Below are positions 30,590-44,436 of a DNA stretch of 64,000 bases, piece by piece. The translations under genes and the position numbers were made by a program. This DNA comes from Eledone cirrhosa. Lineage: Eukaryota. The notes under the pieces were generated by a model that was given only the letters and a program-made list of their open reading frames with translations, was not told the origin of the DNA and searched no databases. How positions within the stretch are numbered: position 1 is the stretch's first letter; each line of letters begins with the position of its first letter. The stretch lies in NCBI GenBank assembly GCA_964016885.1, contig OZ024760.1:14198001-14262000 (forward strand), written 5' to 3'.

Positions 30590-30996
30590 TATTTACGTAT
30601 CGAGAAAGAGAAAAAAAGGGGGGATAGGTGATACATATAGTTATTTGCCAAGTAGCGTATGCCAAAGGTGCTCGATACTAGTGCCGGCAGTATTAAATAT
30701 TCGAAGTGTTAATATTTAGTGGGCTAGAGAGTTAGCAGAGCGTAAGCACGTGGGGAAGTAAAAAATCGGAGAATAGACCGTTAAAACATGTTTATTTAAA
30801 ATATCACCTACGTACGTTTCGCCCAGTTGGGCTTCTCAAGGGCATAAATAATCACAAGTGTTCCTTATATTGCTCGGAAAGAGTTTTTGGGGTTAAATCC
30901 ACATCAAGGTTCATTGCTCGCAAAAATATCTTGTTTTGATTTTGCAGCAGGTCAAGAGAGGTAACTCTGGCCGGTGTTAGGGCAGTTTTTCCCGGA

Positions 30997-31027
<31 letters not shown>

Positions 31028-31642
31028 GCCGCATCCGTTTGTCTGAGGCTGGGTCTGGTATGCAAGGATTGCTTCCTGGGTGTTATTTTGCAGCGCCTGC
31101 CCGCCGGGGTGTTAAGACTTGTTGCAGGGAGATCCAGTGTACTATTTCACTCTTCATCCTTAACCCATCTGAAGAAGGATATTTTTAAGCGATGTGTACA
31201 ACTTATCGCTTAAAAATATCCTTCTTCAGATCGGTTAAGGATGAAGAGTGAAATAGTACACTGGATTTCCCTGCAACAAGTCTTAACACCCCGGCGGGCA
31301 GGCGCTGCAAAATAACACCCAGGAAGCAATCCTTGCATACCAGACCCAGCCTCAGACAAACGGATGCGGCAAAAAAAAAAAAAAAAAAAAAAAATTTGTC
31401 CGGGAAAAACTGCCCTAACACCGGCCAGAGTTACCTCTCTTGACCTGTGGCAAAATCAAAACAAGATATTTTTGCGACCAATGAACCTTGATGTGGATTT
31501 AACCCCCAAAACTCTTTCCGAGCAATATAAGGAACACTTGTGATTATTTATGCCCTTGAGAAGCCCAACTGGGCGAAACGTACGTAGGTGATATTTTAAA
31601 TAAACATGTTTTAACGGTCTATTCTCCGATTTTTTACTTTCC
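30590..31642. mobile_element. Penelope-like/retrozyme-type insertion forming a ~880-bp near-perfect palindrome
   Basis: Arms about 30756-31193 and 31205-31639 with an 11-nt loop (gtgtacaactt), about 5 substitutions and a poly-T/A length difference. HHR in each arm, unpaired extension 30590-30755, flanked by TA/CA microsatellites. Confidence 0.75.
31549..31593 (+). ncRNA. Minimal hammerhead with U3/A8 core variant (UUGAGAA); mirror copy on the minus strand at about 30802-30846
   Basis: tatgccc TTGAGAA gccc-aact-gggc GAAAC gtac GTA ggtgata. The C3U+G8A changes keep the 3-8 pair. Helix III is palindromic (ACGTACGT). Stem I is weak. Confidence 0.7.
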
Positions 31643-31643
31643 T

Positions 31644-31706
<63 letters not shown>

Positions 31707-31722
31707 TATATATTATATATAT

Positions 31723-31802
<80 letters not shown>

Positions 31803-31891
31803 CACACACACATATATATATATACACACACACATATATATACACAGACACACACACATATATATATATACACACACACATATATATACAG

Positions 31892-31959
<68 letters not shown>

Positions 31960-32099
31960 TTAGTCCTACATATACATAATCACATGCGTATCACACTCTT
32001 AAACACACACACGTACACACATACACACATATATACACATACACATGCATATATATATACACATACATATATATACACACACACACACATATACACACC

Positions 32100-32131
<32 letters not shown>

Positions 32132-33179
32132 CACATACATATATATACACATAGCTACACACAGAAAAAAACAACCAAACCAACCAAAAGAGAAAACCAA
32201 AAGACAACCCGAAAGAGAAGCTTCTTTGTCAATGTGACAACAAGAGAGAGAAAATATATAAAAAGCCAGCAAAGATTCTAGCTTCTCGACAATATTTTCA
32301 CAGCCAATAATCTACAAAATAGACACAAACTAATTTCCGGAAGGTTCTTTTTAACATCAATCAATGAAGGCAAAATTTTGACAGCATCTATGGCGGGGAG
32401 GGTGGTGATGGTGGTAGAAGTGTTGGTGGTGATGATGGTGGTGATAGAAGTGATGGTGGTGATGGTGGTGGTGATGATGATGATGGTGGTGGTGGTGGTG
32501 ATGATGGTGGTGGTGATGATGGTGGTGGTGATGGTGGTGCAGGTGGTGGTGATGATGGTAGAAGTGTTGATGGTGATGGTGGTAGAGGTGTTGGTGGTGA
32601 TGGTGTTAGAGGTGTTGGTGGTGATGATGGTGGTGGTGAAGATGAGAAGTAGGGGGAGGAAGATGAGGAGTAAGTGGAGAAGGGAGGGGGGAACATTGAG
32701 GTAGTTTTATGGGTTTTTTTCGGATTTTTGTCATTAATTTTTCATTCACGTTTCATTCCTCATACGTTCATTTTTAATTCCATTTTCATTTATTTTTAAT
32801 TCATCTTTCAATCATTTATCATTCAATTTTTATTCATTACTTATTCATTTTTCAGTTTTTCACTATCATTCATTCATCTTTCGTTCACTTTTCGTTCATT
32901 TGTCAGCCATATCCATTTATCATTCATTTTTTATTCATTATTTCACTTTTTCACTATTAAATTTTCATTCCTTTTTCCCTTTTTCATTATCTTTCATTCG
33001 TTTATTGTTCAATTTTCATTCATTTTTTGGTCAATTTCCATTGCTCTTTCATTCAATACTTATACATTTTTCATTCATTTTTTTGCTTTTTCATTATTTT
33101 TCATTTGTCAGTCATTCAATTTTCATTCAGTTTTTAATCTCATCTTTTCAAATTTGATTTTCATTATTTCAAAAAAAAA

Positions 33180-33750
33180 CGGTGGATTGGCAGTATCGGT
33201 AGAGGGTCGGATGCCATGCTTTCCAGCATAGTTACGTCCCTTAACGATCTGAGTTCAAATCCCGCTGAGGTTGACTTTGCCTTTCATCCTTACGGGGTCG
33301 ATAAAATAAAGTACCAGTAATGCACTGGGTTATTGCTGGCCTTGTGCCAAAAAGTAGAAACAATTATTTCAAAAAAAAATTTTATTCATTTAACTTTCAT
33401 TCAGTTTTTGCCAATAATTCATTCATTTTTTTCATTCAATTTTTCATTCCATTTTAATTCAGTATTTAATCTTTCATTTTTAAAAATTCGTTTTCCATTA
33501 TTTTAAAAATTTTATTCATTTTCATTTACTTTTCATTCAATTTTTGCCAATAATTCATTCATTTTTTTCATTCAATTTTCATTCAGTATTTAATCTTTCA
33601 TATTTGGTTTTCATTATCTTTAATTATTTTTAATGAGTTCAAATCCCGCCGAGGTTAACTTTACCTTTCATCCTTACGGGGTCGATAAAATGAAGTACCA
33701 GTAATACACTGGAATAATTGCTGGCCTTGTGCCAAAAGTAGAAACAATTA
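33180..33750 (+). mobile_element. SINE family A, two copies (33180-33368, 33634-33750) within (TTCA)-rich sequence
   Basis: Consensus match. Confidence 0.85.
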
Positions 33751-34099
33751 TTTATAAAAACTTTATTCATTTTCATTTACCTTTCATTCAATTTTCATTC
33801 ATTTTTCATTATTACTTTCATGTTTTTTGAATTTGTTCACTAAGTCACCACTTCAAATGTCACCCATTGTTTGTTTCACAGTTTCTTAGACAAGGAGACA
33901 TGGTTGTCACAAGGAGAAACCATTATATTGGTGTCTGTGTGTATGTATGTTAGAGTAAGTATACGTGTGTACATATGTATGTTTGTGAGTGCATGTGTAT
34001 GTATACGTGCATGTATATTTATGGAGAGACAGACAGACATGCAAATATATATACACATACATATATGTATGTATATATATATACACAAGCACACATATT

Positions 34100-34163
<64 letters not shown>

Positions 34164-34996
34164 TATATATACACAAGCACACATTTATATATATATACAC
34201 ACACATACAAACACACATATATATACATACACACACATATATATATATACATACATACACACACACACATATATATATAATTTGTTGAGTGCTTTATATC
34301 AGTTATAAAAATATTTGCTTGTTGTATCCCAACAATTTAAAGAGAACTTCTACATATATATTATATATATATTTACTTTCTTTACTATTTCACGCACACA
34401 CACACACATATATATACACACATATATACACACGCATACATATATATACACACACACATATATACACACACATACATATATATACACACACACATATATA
34501 CACACACACACATACATATATAAACACATTCATATATATACACACACACATATACATACACACACATACATATATATACACACATATATATACACATATA
34601 TACACACACACACATATACATATATAAACACATTCATATATATTCACATACACATATATATATACACACACATACATATATATATACACACACACATATA
34701 TACACACACATACATATATATACACATACACCAGTAAAGAAAGCTCCTCAGTTGGAAGATGAGAAGAATCTAACCGATTTCCCTAGAGGAGTGATAGTGG
34801 GAGGTAAGAGAGAGGGAGTGAGAGGGAAATGAGAGAGGGGGAGTGAGAGGGTGGTGGTGAGAGGAAACAACGATAGAGGAATGTGGTGGGTGGAGGAAGG
34901 TGAGGGTGACAGTAGAAACTCAACACTTATAACAGAATACATTGATTCCGTATCAGAAGAAATGGTTATTGGCTTCTTTTTCTGGCTTATGCTCTT

Positions 34997-36360
34997 GTAG
35001 TAGCAGCAGGGGTGGTAGTAGTAGAGGTGGTGCTGGTAGTAGAGGTGGTGGTGGTAGTAGTGGTGGTGGTGGTAGTAGAGGTGGTGGTAGTGGTGGTGGT
35101 GGTGGTGGTGGTAGTAGAGGTGGTGGTGGTAGTAGAGGTGGTGGTAGTAGTAGAGGTGGTGGTGGTAGTAGTGGTGGTGGTGGTGGTAGTAGTGGTGGTG
35201 GTAGTAGTAGAGGTGGTGCTGGTAGTAGAGGTGGTGGTGGTAGTAGTATAGGTGGTGTTGGTAGTAGAGGTGGTGCTGGTAGTAGAGGTGGTGGTGGTAG
35301 TAGTGGTGGTGGTAGTAGTAGATGTGGTGTTGGTAGTAGAGGTGGTGGTAGTAGTAGTGGTGGTGGTGGTGGTGGTGGTGGTGGTGGTAGTAGAGGTGGT
35401 GGTGGTAGTAGTGGTGGTGGTGGTGGTAGTAGTGGTGGTGGTGGAGGTGGTGGTAGTAGTAGTGGTGGTGGTGGTAGTAGTGGTAGTGGTGATAGTAGTG
35501 GTGGTGGTGGTAGTGGTGGTGGTGGTGGTGGTAGTGGTGGTGGTGGTGGTAGTAGTGGTGGTGGTGGTGGTAGTTGAGGTGGTGGTGGTAGTAGTGGTGG
35601 TGGTGGTAGTAGAGGTGGAGGTGGTAGTAGTGGTGGTGGTGGTGGTAGTAGTAGAGAGGTGGTGCTGGTAGTAGAGGTGGTGCTGGTAGTAGTGGTGGTG
35701 GTGGTGGTAGTAGTAGAGGTGGTGCTGGTAGTAGAGGTGGTGGTGGTAGTAGTGGTGGTGGTAGTAGTAGAGGTGGTGCTGGTAGTAGACGTGGTGCTGG
35801 TAGTGGTGGTGGTGGTAGTAGTAGAGGTGGTGCTGGTAGTGGTGGTGGTAGTAGTGGTGGTGGTGGTAGTAGTGGTGGTGGTGGTAGTAGTGGTGGTGGT
35901 GGAGGTGGTGGTGGTATAGGTGGTGCTGGTAGTGGTGGTGGTGGTAGTAGTAGATGTGGTGTTGGTAGTAGAGGTGGTGGTAGTAGTAGTGGTGGTGGTG
36001 GTAGTAGTGGTGGTGGTGGAGGTGGCGGTGGTAGTAGTGGTGGTGGTGGTAGTGGTGGTGGTGGTGGTAGAGTTGGTGGTAGTAGTAGTGGTGGTGGTGG
36101 TAGTAGTGGTAGTGGTGATGGTAGTAGTGGTGGTGGTGGTAGTGGTGGTGGTAGTAGTAAAGGTGGTGGTGGTAGTAGAGGTGGTGGTGGTAGTAGTGGT
36201 GGTGGTAGTAGTGGTGGTGGTGGTAGTAGTGGTGGTGGTGGTAGTAGTGGTAGTGGTGGTGGTGGTGGTAGTAATAGTAGTAGTAGTAATAGTGGTAGTA
36301 GTGGTAGTAGTAGCAGCAGCAGCAGCAACAATAGTAGCAGTAGTAGCAGCAGCAGCAACA
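34997..36360. repeat. (GGT/AGT)n trinucleotide array
   Basis: Directly visible; source of the 460-541-aa spurious ORFs. Confidence 0.95.
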
Positions 36361-36504
36361 ATTCCACACACATCTACATATATATGCCTACACATTCATA
36401 TGCCTTCATAAATACATACATACATAAAGACAGATCTCTGAAGAAACAGCACACATATACCATATACACACACACATATATACATGCATCATCATCATCA
36501 TCTT

Positions 36505-36815
36505 ACATCCGCTTTTCCCTGCTTGCAAGGGTGGGACGGGAACTGATTCTGGCTTGATTTCTACAGCTGGATGCCCTTCCTAACACCAACCTCATTTACA
36601 GTGAGTGCTGGGTGCTTTTTTGCCGTGGCACCTCCACGACCACTTTGCTGTGGAATAATAGGGGCCCCAGTCCCTATCATCTCATTTCTACAGCTGAGTA
36701 AACTGGAGCAATGTGAAATAAAGTGTCTTGCTCAAGGAAACAACACAACACCCGGTCTGAGAATTGAACCCACAACATTTCGATTGCAAGGCCAATGCTC
36801 TAACCACTAAGCCAT
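36505..36815 (-). mobile_element. SINE family B composite, near-identical inverted copy of 42550-42870
   Basis: The ORF-track peptides 36571-36810 (+) and 42560-42799 (-) are almost identical, reflecting this DNA identity. Confidence 0.85.
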
Positions 36816-37297
36816 GTGGTTAGAGCATATATATATATACATATATGCAGGCACATACACATACACTCATACACACACACACAATCTGTATAAGACATCC
36901 ACAATTCTTGTATAAAACACACACACAATCTGTGTAGAAGACACATACATCTATATCTACACCACCACAAGACACACCCATTAGGTCTGTTTAACCCTGC
37001 AGTCACCCACATATCTAATTCTAATGAAATACACTATTTCTCTGTTTGAATTAAGTCTTGATAATTTTTTTAACATTTTGGAGAAGGTTTAGTAAAATAA
37101 CAAACTTAGTCGTTATTAAGCTGTTTGTCTGGAGAATAACAAAAGGTTCTTATGTGAAATTAAGAGTTAATGGAAATATAAACACATTAATTCCTTCATG
37201 TCCACATTTCTCTAATCAAATACAGAGTTTCAATTAATTAATGAAGAATTTTGAGGAATTTACTAAAATTATTAACTCTTTCATTACTAAGATAATA

Positions 37298-37409
37298 CTG
37301 TATATACTCAAATATTAGTTGATCCTAATATAAGCTGACCCTTATTTTGTCGGAGAAATGAGTGCAGCTTGTTAACACATTATGTTTAAATCGTGAATAT
37401 AAGCCGACC

Positions 37410-37440
<31 letters not shown>

Positions 37441-37517
37441 ACAATTTTACCAAGGATTTTTTTTTTTTATCACATATTCCTCAGCTTATGTTCTGCTAAT
37501 AATTCAAGTATATACAG
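37298..37517 (+). mobile_element. pogo/Tigger-like MITE
   Basis: ta|ctgtatatactcaaat…attcaagtatatacag|ta, with internal tataagc.gaccc motifs. Confidence 0.7.
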
Positions 37518-38319
37518 TAACTTAATGTAAGGTTTTTATATAAAATTATGTTTGGAGATTTTAATCTAAATTGGAAACTTTTAAAATGGGTGACTTTTAT
37601 TTCATAGAACCAGAGCCGGTTTTGGCTGGGTTGGTAACTAGAGGATTAAAACAGGAAGGAGAGTCTATCACAGAACCAGAGCTGGTGGCAATGAGTGGAG
37701 AGTTAACACTTTCATTACAATATTTCTAATGAAAAACATTGCCTATAATTGTCAAATAAATCTGGAAATAGTTAAGAATTAGGAGGGAATTAGTAACAAC
37801 TTTCTTGCTATTATGTAAAGCACTTAACCCTTTCATTACCATATTGATAATGAAAGACACTGCCTAGGACTTTGAAATAATTTGGTAAATGATCAAGAAT
37901 TTGAATGAATTAATTAAGATTACTTTCTTTAGCATTATTAAAGTAGTATTTTGTGGCATATGGTTGCGGCCCTTTATGTTCTGAGTTCAAATCCTGCCAA
38001 GGTTAACTTTTCCTTTCATCCATATGGAGTCAATAAAATAAAGTACCAGCAATGTACTGGGGTTGATTTAATGACTTTCCCCTTCCCAAAATTATTGCCC
38101 TTGTGCCTAAATAAAAAAATGATCATTATAAAGTTGGTATTTAGAGCATAACAAAAATTCTTCAATAAAATTATGATCAAAGGTTTTTAGATAAATATAA
38201 GCATTTAAAAACAGTTTTGAATTGTAGAACCAAATCATCAAAATATTCACCTCAAATATAAGCTATCCCCTCTACCATTGATTTTTTTAGTCACATATTC
38301 CTCAGCTTATATTCAAGTA

Positions 38320-38633
38320 CTGTTGTTGCTCAGTATTCACAGGGATTACATTCCTAAAGCACCCGTGAAGAGTGAAAAACCACAAATATTGGACGTGGCC
38401 CATAAAAATGCCTACAAACATCAAAACATAAAGTAAAATATAGGCCGGCAAATATGGTATAAAGTTATTAATAATTTAGCGTTAAAATATATTGCCACGA
38501 AAAAAGCCATATAAAAATTGTGGAAGATATTTACAATTCCGCGAATATGCGATGGTTTTCACAAACAATTATTAGTTAGGTTCTAAGGAAAATTCCGCGA
38601 ATAACTGGGCCCGCGAATGCTGAGGGCACACTA
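38320..38633 (+). mobile_element. Tigger-like MITE nested in the end of a second pogo-like MITE
   Basis: ta|ctgttgttgctcagtattcacaggg … cccgcgaatgctgagggcacacta|ta. The host resumes on either side: attcaagta…tacacagta. Confidence 0.6.
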
Positions 38634-38934
38634 TATACACAGTATTTTAATAAATTCTTCTAAATTTTAAAAATATTATTACCATGTATGTATATTGTAC
38701 AGCTTTTTTTTTATTTTTACTACAGGATATTTGATCCAGAATACTAATTGAAAGCAATTTTTTCATTACAGAGAATCCAGCTATACAAAAACCATGTCAA
38801 AATTAAATTTATCAGCGAGGTGTGGTCTTTTAACACATCTACCATGGCTGGAATTCTAAATAAGAACTTATTTGAACTCTAACAACCCAGCCAACCCACA
38901 CTAGCATGGAAAGTAGACACAGTGTGATAAGGGT

Positions 38935-40820
38935 GGTGATGGGGAATGATGGTAATGGTGATGGTGATGATGATGGTGATATTGGAGATAGTGGTAGTGG
39001 TGATGGTGATGATGATGGTGGTAGTGGTGATGGTGATGGGGATGATGGTGATATTGGAGATGGTGATAGTGGTGATGATGATCGAGATGGTGGTGATGAT
39101 GGTGATGGTGGTGATGATGATGATGGTGGTGATGATGATGGTGATTATGGTGGTAGTGGTGATGGTGATGATGTGGTGATGATGGTGGCAGTGGTGGTGA
39201 TGGTGATGATGATAGTAGTGATGATGATGGTGATTATGGTGGTAGTGGTGATGGTGATGATGTGGTGATGATGGTGGCAGTGGTGGTGATGGTGATGATG
39301 ATAGTAGTGATGATGATGGTGGTGGTGGTGGTGGTGATGGTGGTGGTGATGGTGATGATGATGATAATGATGGTGGTGGTGATGATGGTGGTGGTGATGG
39401 TGGTGATGATGATGATGGTGGTGGTGGTGATGGTGGTGGTGGTGATGATGATGATGATCATGATGATGGTGGTGGTGGTGGTGGTGATGGTGGTGGTGGT
39501 GGTGATGGTGGTGGTGGTGGTGATGGTGGTGGTGGTGGTGGTAACAGCTAATACTGAAACACAATGTCTAACAAACATTATCTAACTCTCACACTCAATG
39601 GTTTTTTTAATACGCTTCTAACTATAATAGAGACACGTGAAAATAAACACACGCACACACAAATACACGCCCCCGCACATGCACACACACACACAACACA
39701 CCATACATCACATCTCTCACATGCACACACACACATATATATACACACACGAACATGTATATATACACACACACACACACATATATATATACACACACAC
39801 ACGGACATATATACATATATTCACATACACACGAATACAGCATGCACACACACGTACATACATACTCACACAAACACACATACATACTCACACACACACG
39901 CACATACATACTCACACACACACGCACATACATACTCACACACACACGTACATACACACACACACACGTACACACACACACACACGTACATACATACTCA
40001 CACAGACATGTACATACATACTCACACAGACATGTACATACACACACACACACACACACACACACGTACACACACACACACGTACATACATACTCACACA
40101 GACATGTACATACATACTCATCCATCACTAATCAGAAACACTACCTCATCTATCTCACCAGATGCAGCACCTGACACAATCATCTCTTCTTTGGCAGATT
40201 TTAACCACCATCACCATCATCTCCACCGCCATCTCCACCATCATCTCCACCGCCATCTCCACCATCATCTCCACCGCCACCTCCACCATCATCTCCACCG
40301 CCACCTCCACCATCATCACCACCGCCACCTCCACTATTATCTTCACTGCCACCACCACCATCACCATCACCTCCACTGCCATCACCATCATCTCCACTGC
40401 CACCACCACCACCATTATCACCACCGCCACCATCACTATCATCTCCACCATCACCACCACCATTATCTCCACTGCCACCGTCACCACCACCACCACCATT
40501 ATCTCCACCGACACCACCACCATCACACCATCATCACTACCACCATTATCTCCACTGTCACCACCATCACCACCACCACTATCGTTATCACCACCACCAC
40601 TACCACCATCATCACCAACATTACAACTACCATCACCATCATTACCATCATTACCACAATCATTATCGCCATTATCACTATCACCATCATAATCATTATC
40701 ATCATCATTATCACCACTATTAATGCCATCATCACCACCACCACCAGCAATCTTTATCACCATCATCACCATCATCATCATTATAATCATTATCACCACC
40801 ATCATCCTCATCATAATAAT
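38935..40820. repeat. (GGT/GAT)n and (CAC/CAT)n arrays in opposite orientation around a CA-rich block
   Basis: Directly visible. Confidence 0.9.
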
Positions 40821-41051
40821 CTGCCCCCCCCCCCCCCCCCCGATCTTGAAGCCTCATCCTTCCCTCATTCTAGACACCACCACAAATCACCAATACACAC
40901 ACATTCACCCCCCTCACTCTCCCTCCTCTCTCTCTTTCTCAGTACACATGCACACGTGTTTGCATGTCTGTGTGTAGGAGTATAAATAAAGTAAATAAAT
41001 ATGTATATATATATACATATATATGCACACACATATATATATATCTATATC

Positions 41052-41085
<34 letters not shown>

Positions 41086-41280
41086 TATATATATACACAC
41101 ATATATATATATATACATATATATATTGTTATACTTTGGGAGGGTCATGTTGCCAATAAGAAACACACGCACCAGTTGCTTTCACTTCAGTTTATTATAT
41201 ATTTATAAATTTACAAGTTTATAAATCTATAAATTTCTGGTTGGTTGGTTGGTTCCACAACCAGATAGTTGTTTATATAT

Positions 41281-41325
41281 AGTCATAGTCCTTTCGTCAC
41301 ACACTCTGTGACCTCTTCAGTGACT
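41281..41325 (-). ncRNA. Type I minimal hammerhead ribozyme
   Basis: Reverse complement: agtca CTGAAGA g-gtcac-agagtgt-gtgac GAAA ggac TA tgact. Perfect stems I and II, 1-bp helix III with a tetraloop. Confidence 0.8.
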
Positions 41326-41384
41326 GGGGATTCCTTTCTTTGTTTCTGTGCCTCTCCTTTGTTCTGTCCTACGCCATTTTGAAA

Positions 41385-41445
<61 letters not shown>

Positions 41446-41540
41446 TATCTATACATATATACATATATATATACATATATATATACCTATATATATACAC
41501 ACATATATATATATACATATATACACATATATATACACAC

Positions 41541-41575
<35 letters not shown>

Positions 41576-41592
41576 CATATATATATACACAC

Positions 41593-41627
<35 letters not shown>

Positions 41628-42269
41628 CATATATATATACACACATATATACATATAATTAAGAGACGAAGCTTATCGAATAGAATGGACACAGTTTTGT
41701 GTGTGTGTATATATGTATGTGAGTGTGTGTGTATATATATGTGAGTGTGTGTGTGTGTATATATATTTATATATATATATAGAGTGAGTGAGACACTGCT
41801 TCTTTCTTCTTATAAAGGGAAGCTTATTCCTACAACAGTAACAACAGCTGGAGCAGCAACAGTAGCAACAACAACAACAACAGTAACTGTAACAACAACA
41901 ACAGTATCAACAACAACAGTAGCAACAACAACAACAACATAACACTAACAACAACAACAACAACAGTAACACCAGCACTAACAACAACAACAACAACAGT
42001 AGCACCAGCACTAACAACAACAGTAGCACCAGCACTAACAACAACAACAACAACAACAACAGTAGCACCAGCACTAACAACAACAACAACAGTAGCACCA
42101 GCACTAACAACAACAACAACAACAGTTGAAACTACAAAGCTTCTGTTATCACATGTTTGTCAGACATTCCCATTTATCATCACATATATATGTGTATATA
42201 TATATATATATATGTGAGTGTGTATATATATATATATGTGTGTGAGTGTGTATATATATACATGTGTGA

Positions 42270-42303
<34 letters not shown>

Positions 42304-42320
42304 GTGAGTGTATATATATG

Positions 42321-42351
<31 letters not shown>

Positions 42352-42410
42352 ATATATATATGTGTGTGTGTGTGTATGTATGTATATATATATGTGTGTG
42401 TATGTATGTG

Positions 42411-42441
<31 letters not shown>

Positions 42442-42549
42442 ATGTATGTGTATATATATGTGTGTGTGCGTATACATATGTGTGTATGTATATGTGTGTG
42501 TGTGTATATATATTTGTACATATATTAATATATATGTACATATGATGGA

Positions 42550-42870
42550 GGCACATGGCTTAGTGGTTAGAGCATTGGCCTTGCAATCGAAAGGTTGTGA
42601 GTTCAATTCTCAGACCGGGTGATGTGTTGTTTCCTTGAGCAAGAGACTTTATTTCACATTGCTCCAGTTTACTCAGCTGTAGAAATGAGATGATAGGGAC
42701 TGGGGTCTCTATCATTCCACTGCAAAGTGGTCGTGGAGGTGCCACGGCAAAAAAGCACCCAGCACTCACTGTAAATGAGGTTGGTGTTAGGAAGGGCATC
42801 CAGCTGTAGAAATCAAGCCAGAATCAGTTCCCGTCCCACCCTTGCAAGCAGGGAAAAGCGGATGTAAAAT
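42550..42870 (+). mobile_element. tRNA-derived SINE family B, composite with …ggaagggcatccagctgtagaaa… domain and (ATG/TGAAA)n tail
   Basis: A box TGGCTTAGTGG, B box GAGTTCAATTC, ccttgagcaaga.actttatttcacattgctccag. Other copies at 8720-8885, 21655-21830 and 45668-45960 (plus), and 9258-9335, 13730-13968, 36505-36815, 56835-56950 and 60065-60210 (minus). Confidence 0.8.
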
Positions 42871-43285
42871 GAAATGAAATGAAATGAAATGAAATGAAAT
42901 GATATATATAAATATATATATATGTGTATATATGTATATATATATATAAGTACACATATTTTATCCAGATCAATCTCTTAAGATCTCACCTGTATATCCT
43001 TCAAATCTCTCTCTCATTCTCTCTTTCTCATTTTCTCCCTTTGTATTTATATATATATAATATATATATATATATATTAATATATATATATATATGTATA
43101 CGTACATACATATATGTATACAGACGTACAGTAGTATGTATATATATACATACATGCATGTATCGGTTTACCGAACATTTATTATAATGCTCGGTTTGTT
43201 TGTTTGTAAACAAACAAACAGCCCGAATTACGCCATACAGTGTTTAGGCAACCACGTCACCTTTTTGTTCAACACTGACACAGGA

Positions 43286-43328
43286 ACGATGTACTAGTTT
43301 CAAGCTTATTAGCTATCGTCAGCATCGT
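43286..43328 (-). ncRNA. Type I minimal hammerhead ribozyme with palindromic CUAG loop
   Basis: Reverse complement: acgatg CTGACGA tagct-aata-agctt GAAA ctag TA catcgt. Canonical PLE-type minimal HHR. Confidence 0.88.
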
Positions 43329-43694
43329 ATACCTTTCTGCCAGATGGTTGAACGTCTGAAAGTATATACTTTCCTTATGCATATTAACGGCTGAGCAGCC
43401 TAATTTGCATATCGAGTGAATTCAGTCGGCCGGGCACACCGAAAACGATAAATGGAATAGAATGAAACAAAATTTCATTTCTCACTTTTAGTACGGCATG
43501 TATATATATATATACATACTACTGTACGTCTGTATACATATATGTATGTACGTATACATACATACTTACATTTAAGTAAGTGCCGTACTAAGAGTGAGAA
43601 ATGAAATTTCGTTTCATTCTATTATATATATATATATATATACCATGACTGAATTATAACCATCAACATAGTCAAGGTATGTCAGGCATCAACT

Positions 43695-43760
43695 TATTTT
43701 ATCTGATGAGGACGTACTGTTGAAATAGTTCAGTACCTCTGAAATATGTATAATAAAATA
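43695..43760 (+). ncRNA. Type I minimal hammerhead ribozyme (family H1)
   Basis: tattttat CTGATGA ggac-gtactg...cagtac-ctct GAAA tatgta TA ataaaata. Same stem I as 3426-3486 but a different stem II. Confidence 0.82.
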
Positions 43761-43800
43761 TATTTGATCACATGAATGTCTATATTTATTAATATTTTGA

Positions 43801-43872
<72 letters not shown>

Positions 43873-43881
<9 letters not shown>

Positions 43882-44186
43882 ATGAAGTTGGAAATAGCAT
43901 GGGAGATATGTTTAAGGGTCTGTTTTTCTTTTTTGATTCGTCAAAGTGAGAATAAAGAAGAGATTGTGTTATTAAAAAAAGAGGGACAATTCTTTTTTGA
44001 AAATTCTTTTTATATACTTCATAAAAAAATTTTCAAAAAAGAATTGTCCCTCTTTTTTTAATAACAATCTTTTCTTTAATGTCACTTTGACGAATCAAAA
44101 AAGAAAAACAGACCCTTAAACATATCTCCCGTGCTATTTCCAACTTCATCTTTTCTCTATACCCACTGTTTTGTATAGAACCTCAC

Positions 44187-44187
<1 letters not shown>
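43873..44187. repeat. ~140-bp-arm inverted repeat between (GA)n and (TA)n
   Basis: 43873-44010 is the reverse complement of about 44022-44158, with a short one-sided tail. No clear HHR core. Confidence 0.75.
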
Positions 44188-44218
<31 letters not shown>

Positions 44219-44366
44219 ATAAATCAAGAAAGAAGAGTGACACGGTTTGCTATACAATAAGGGCTTTATTCACATTGCTGACAATTGTTTCTCTGAACTG
44301 GTAGGTCTAGAGATCGCTACCCGCCTGTTTTTGCGTCAATCGATCACCAATACTTCTTTCTTGATT

Positions 44367-44436
<70 letters not shown>

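Noticed and set aside
30852-31034. 60-aa ORF (…AMNLDVDLTPKTLSEQYKEHL) as a PLE endonuclease C-terminus
   Set aside because: Its position just upstream of the HHR fits, but no GIY-YIG or RT motif is visible; needs an HMM search.
34748-36411. 460-541-aa Pro/Thr/His/Gly-rich ORFs
   Set aside because: A trinucleotide array open in several frames on both strands, with no splice or domain evidence.
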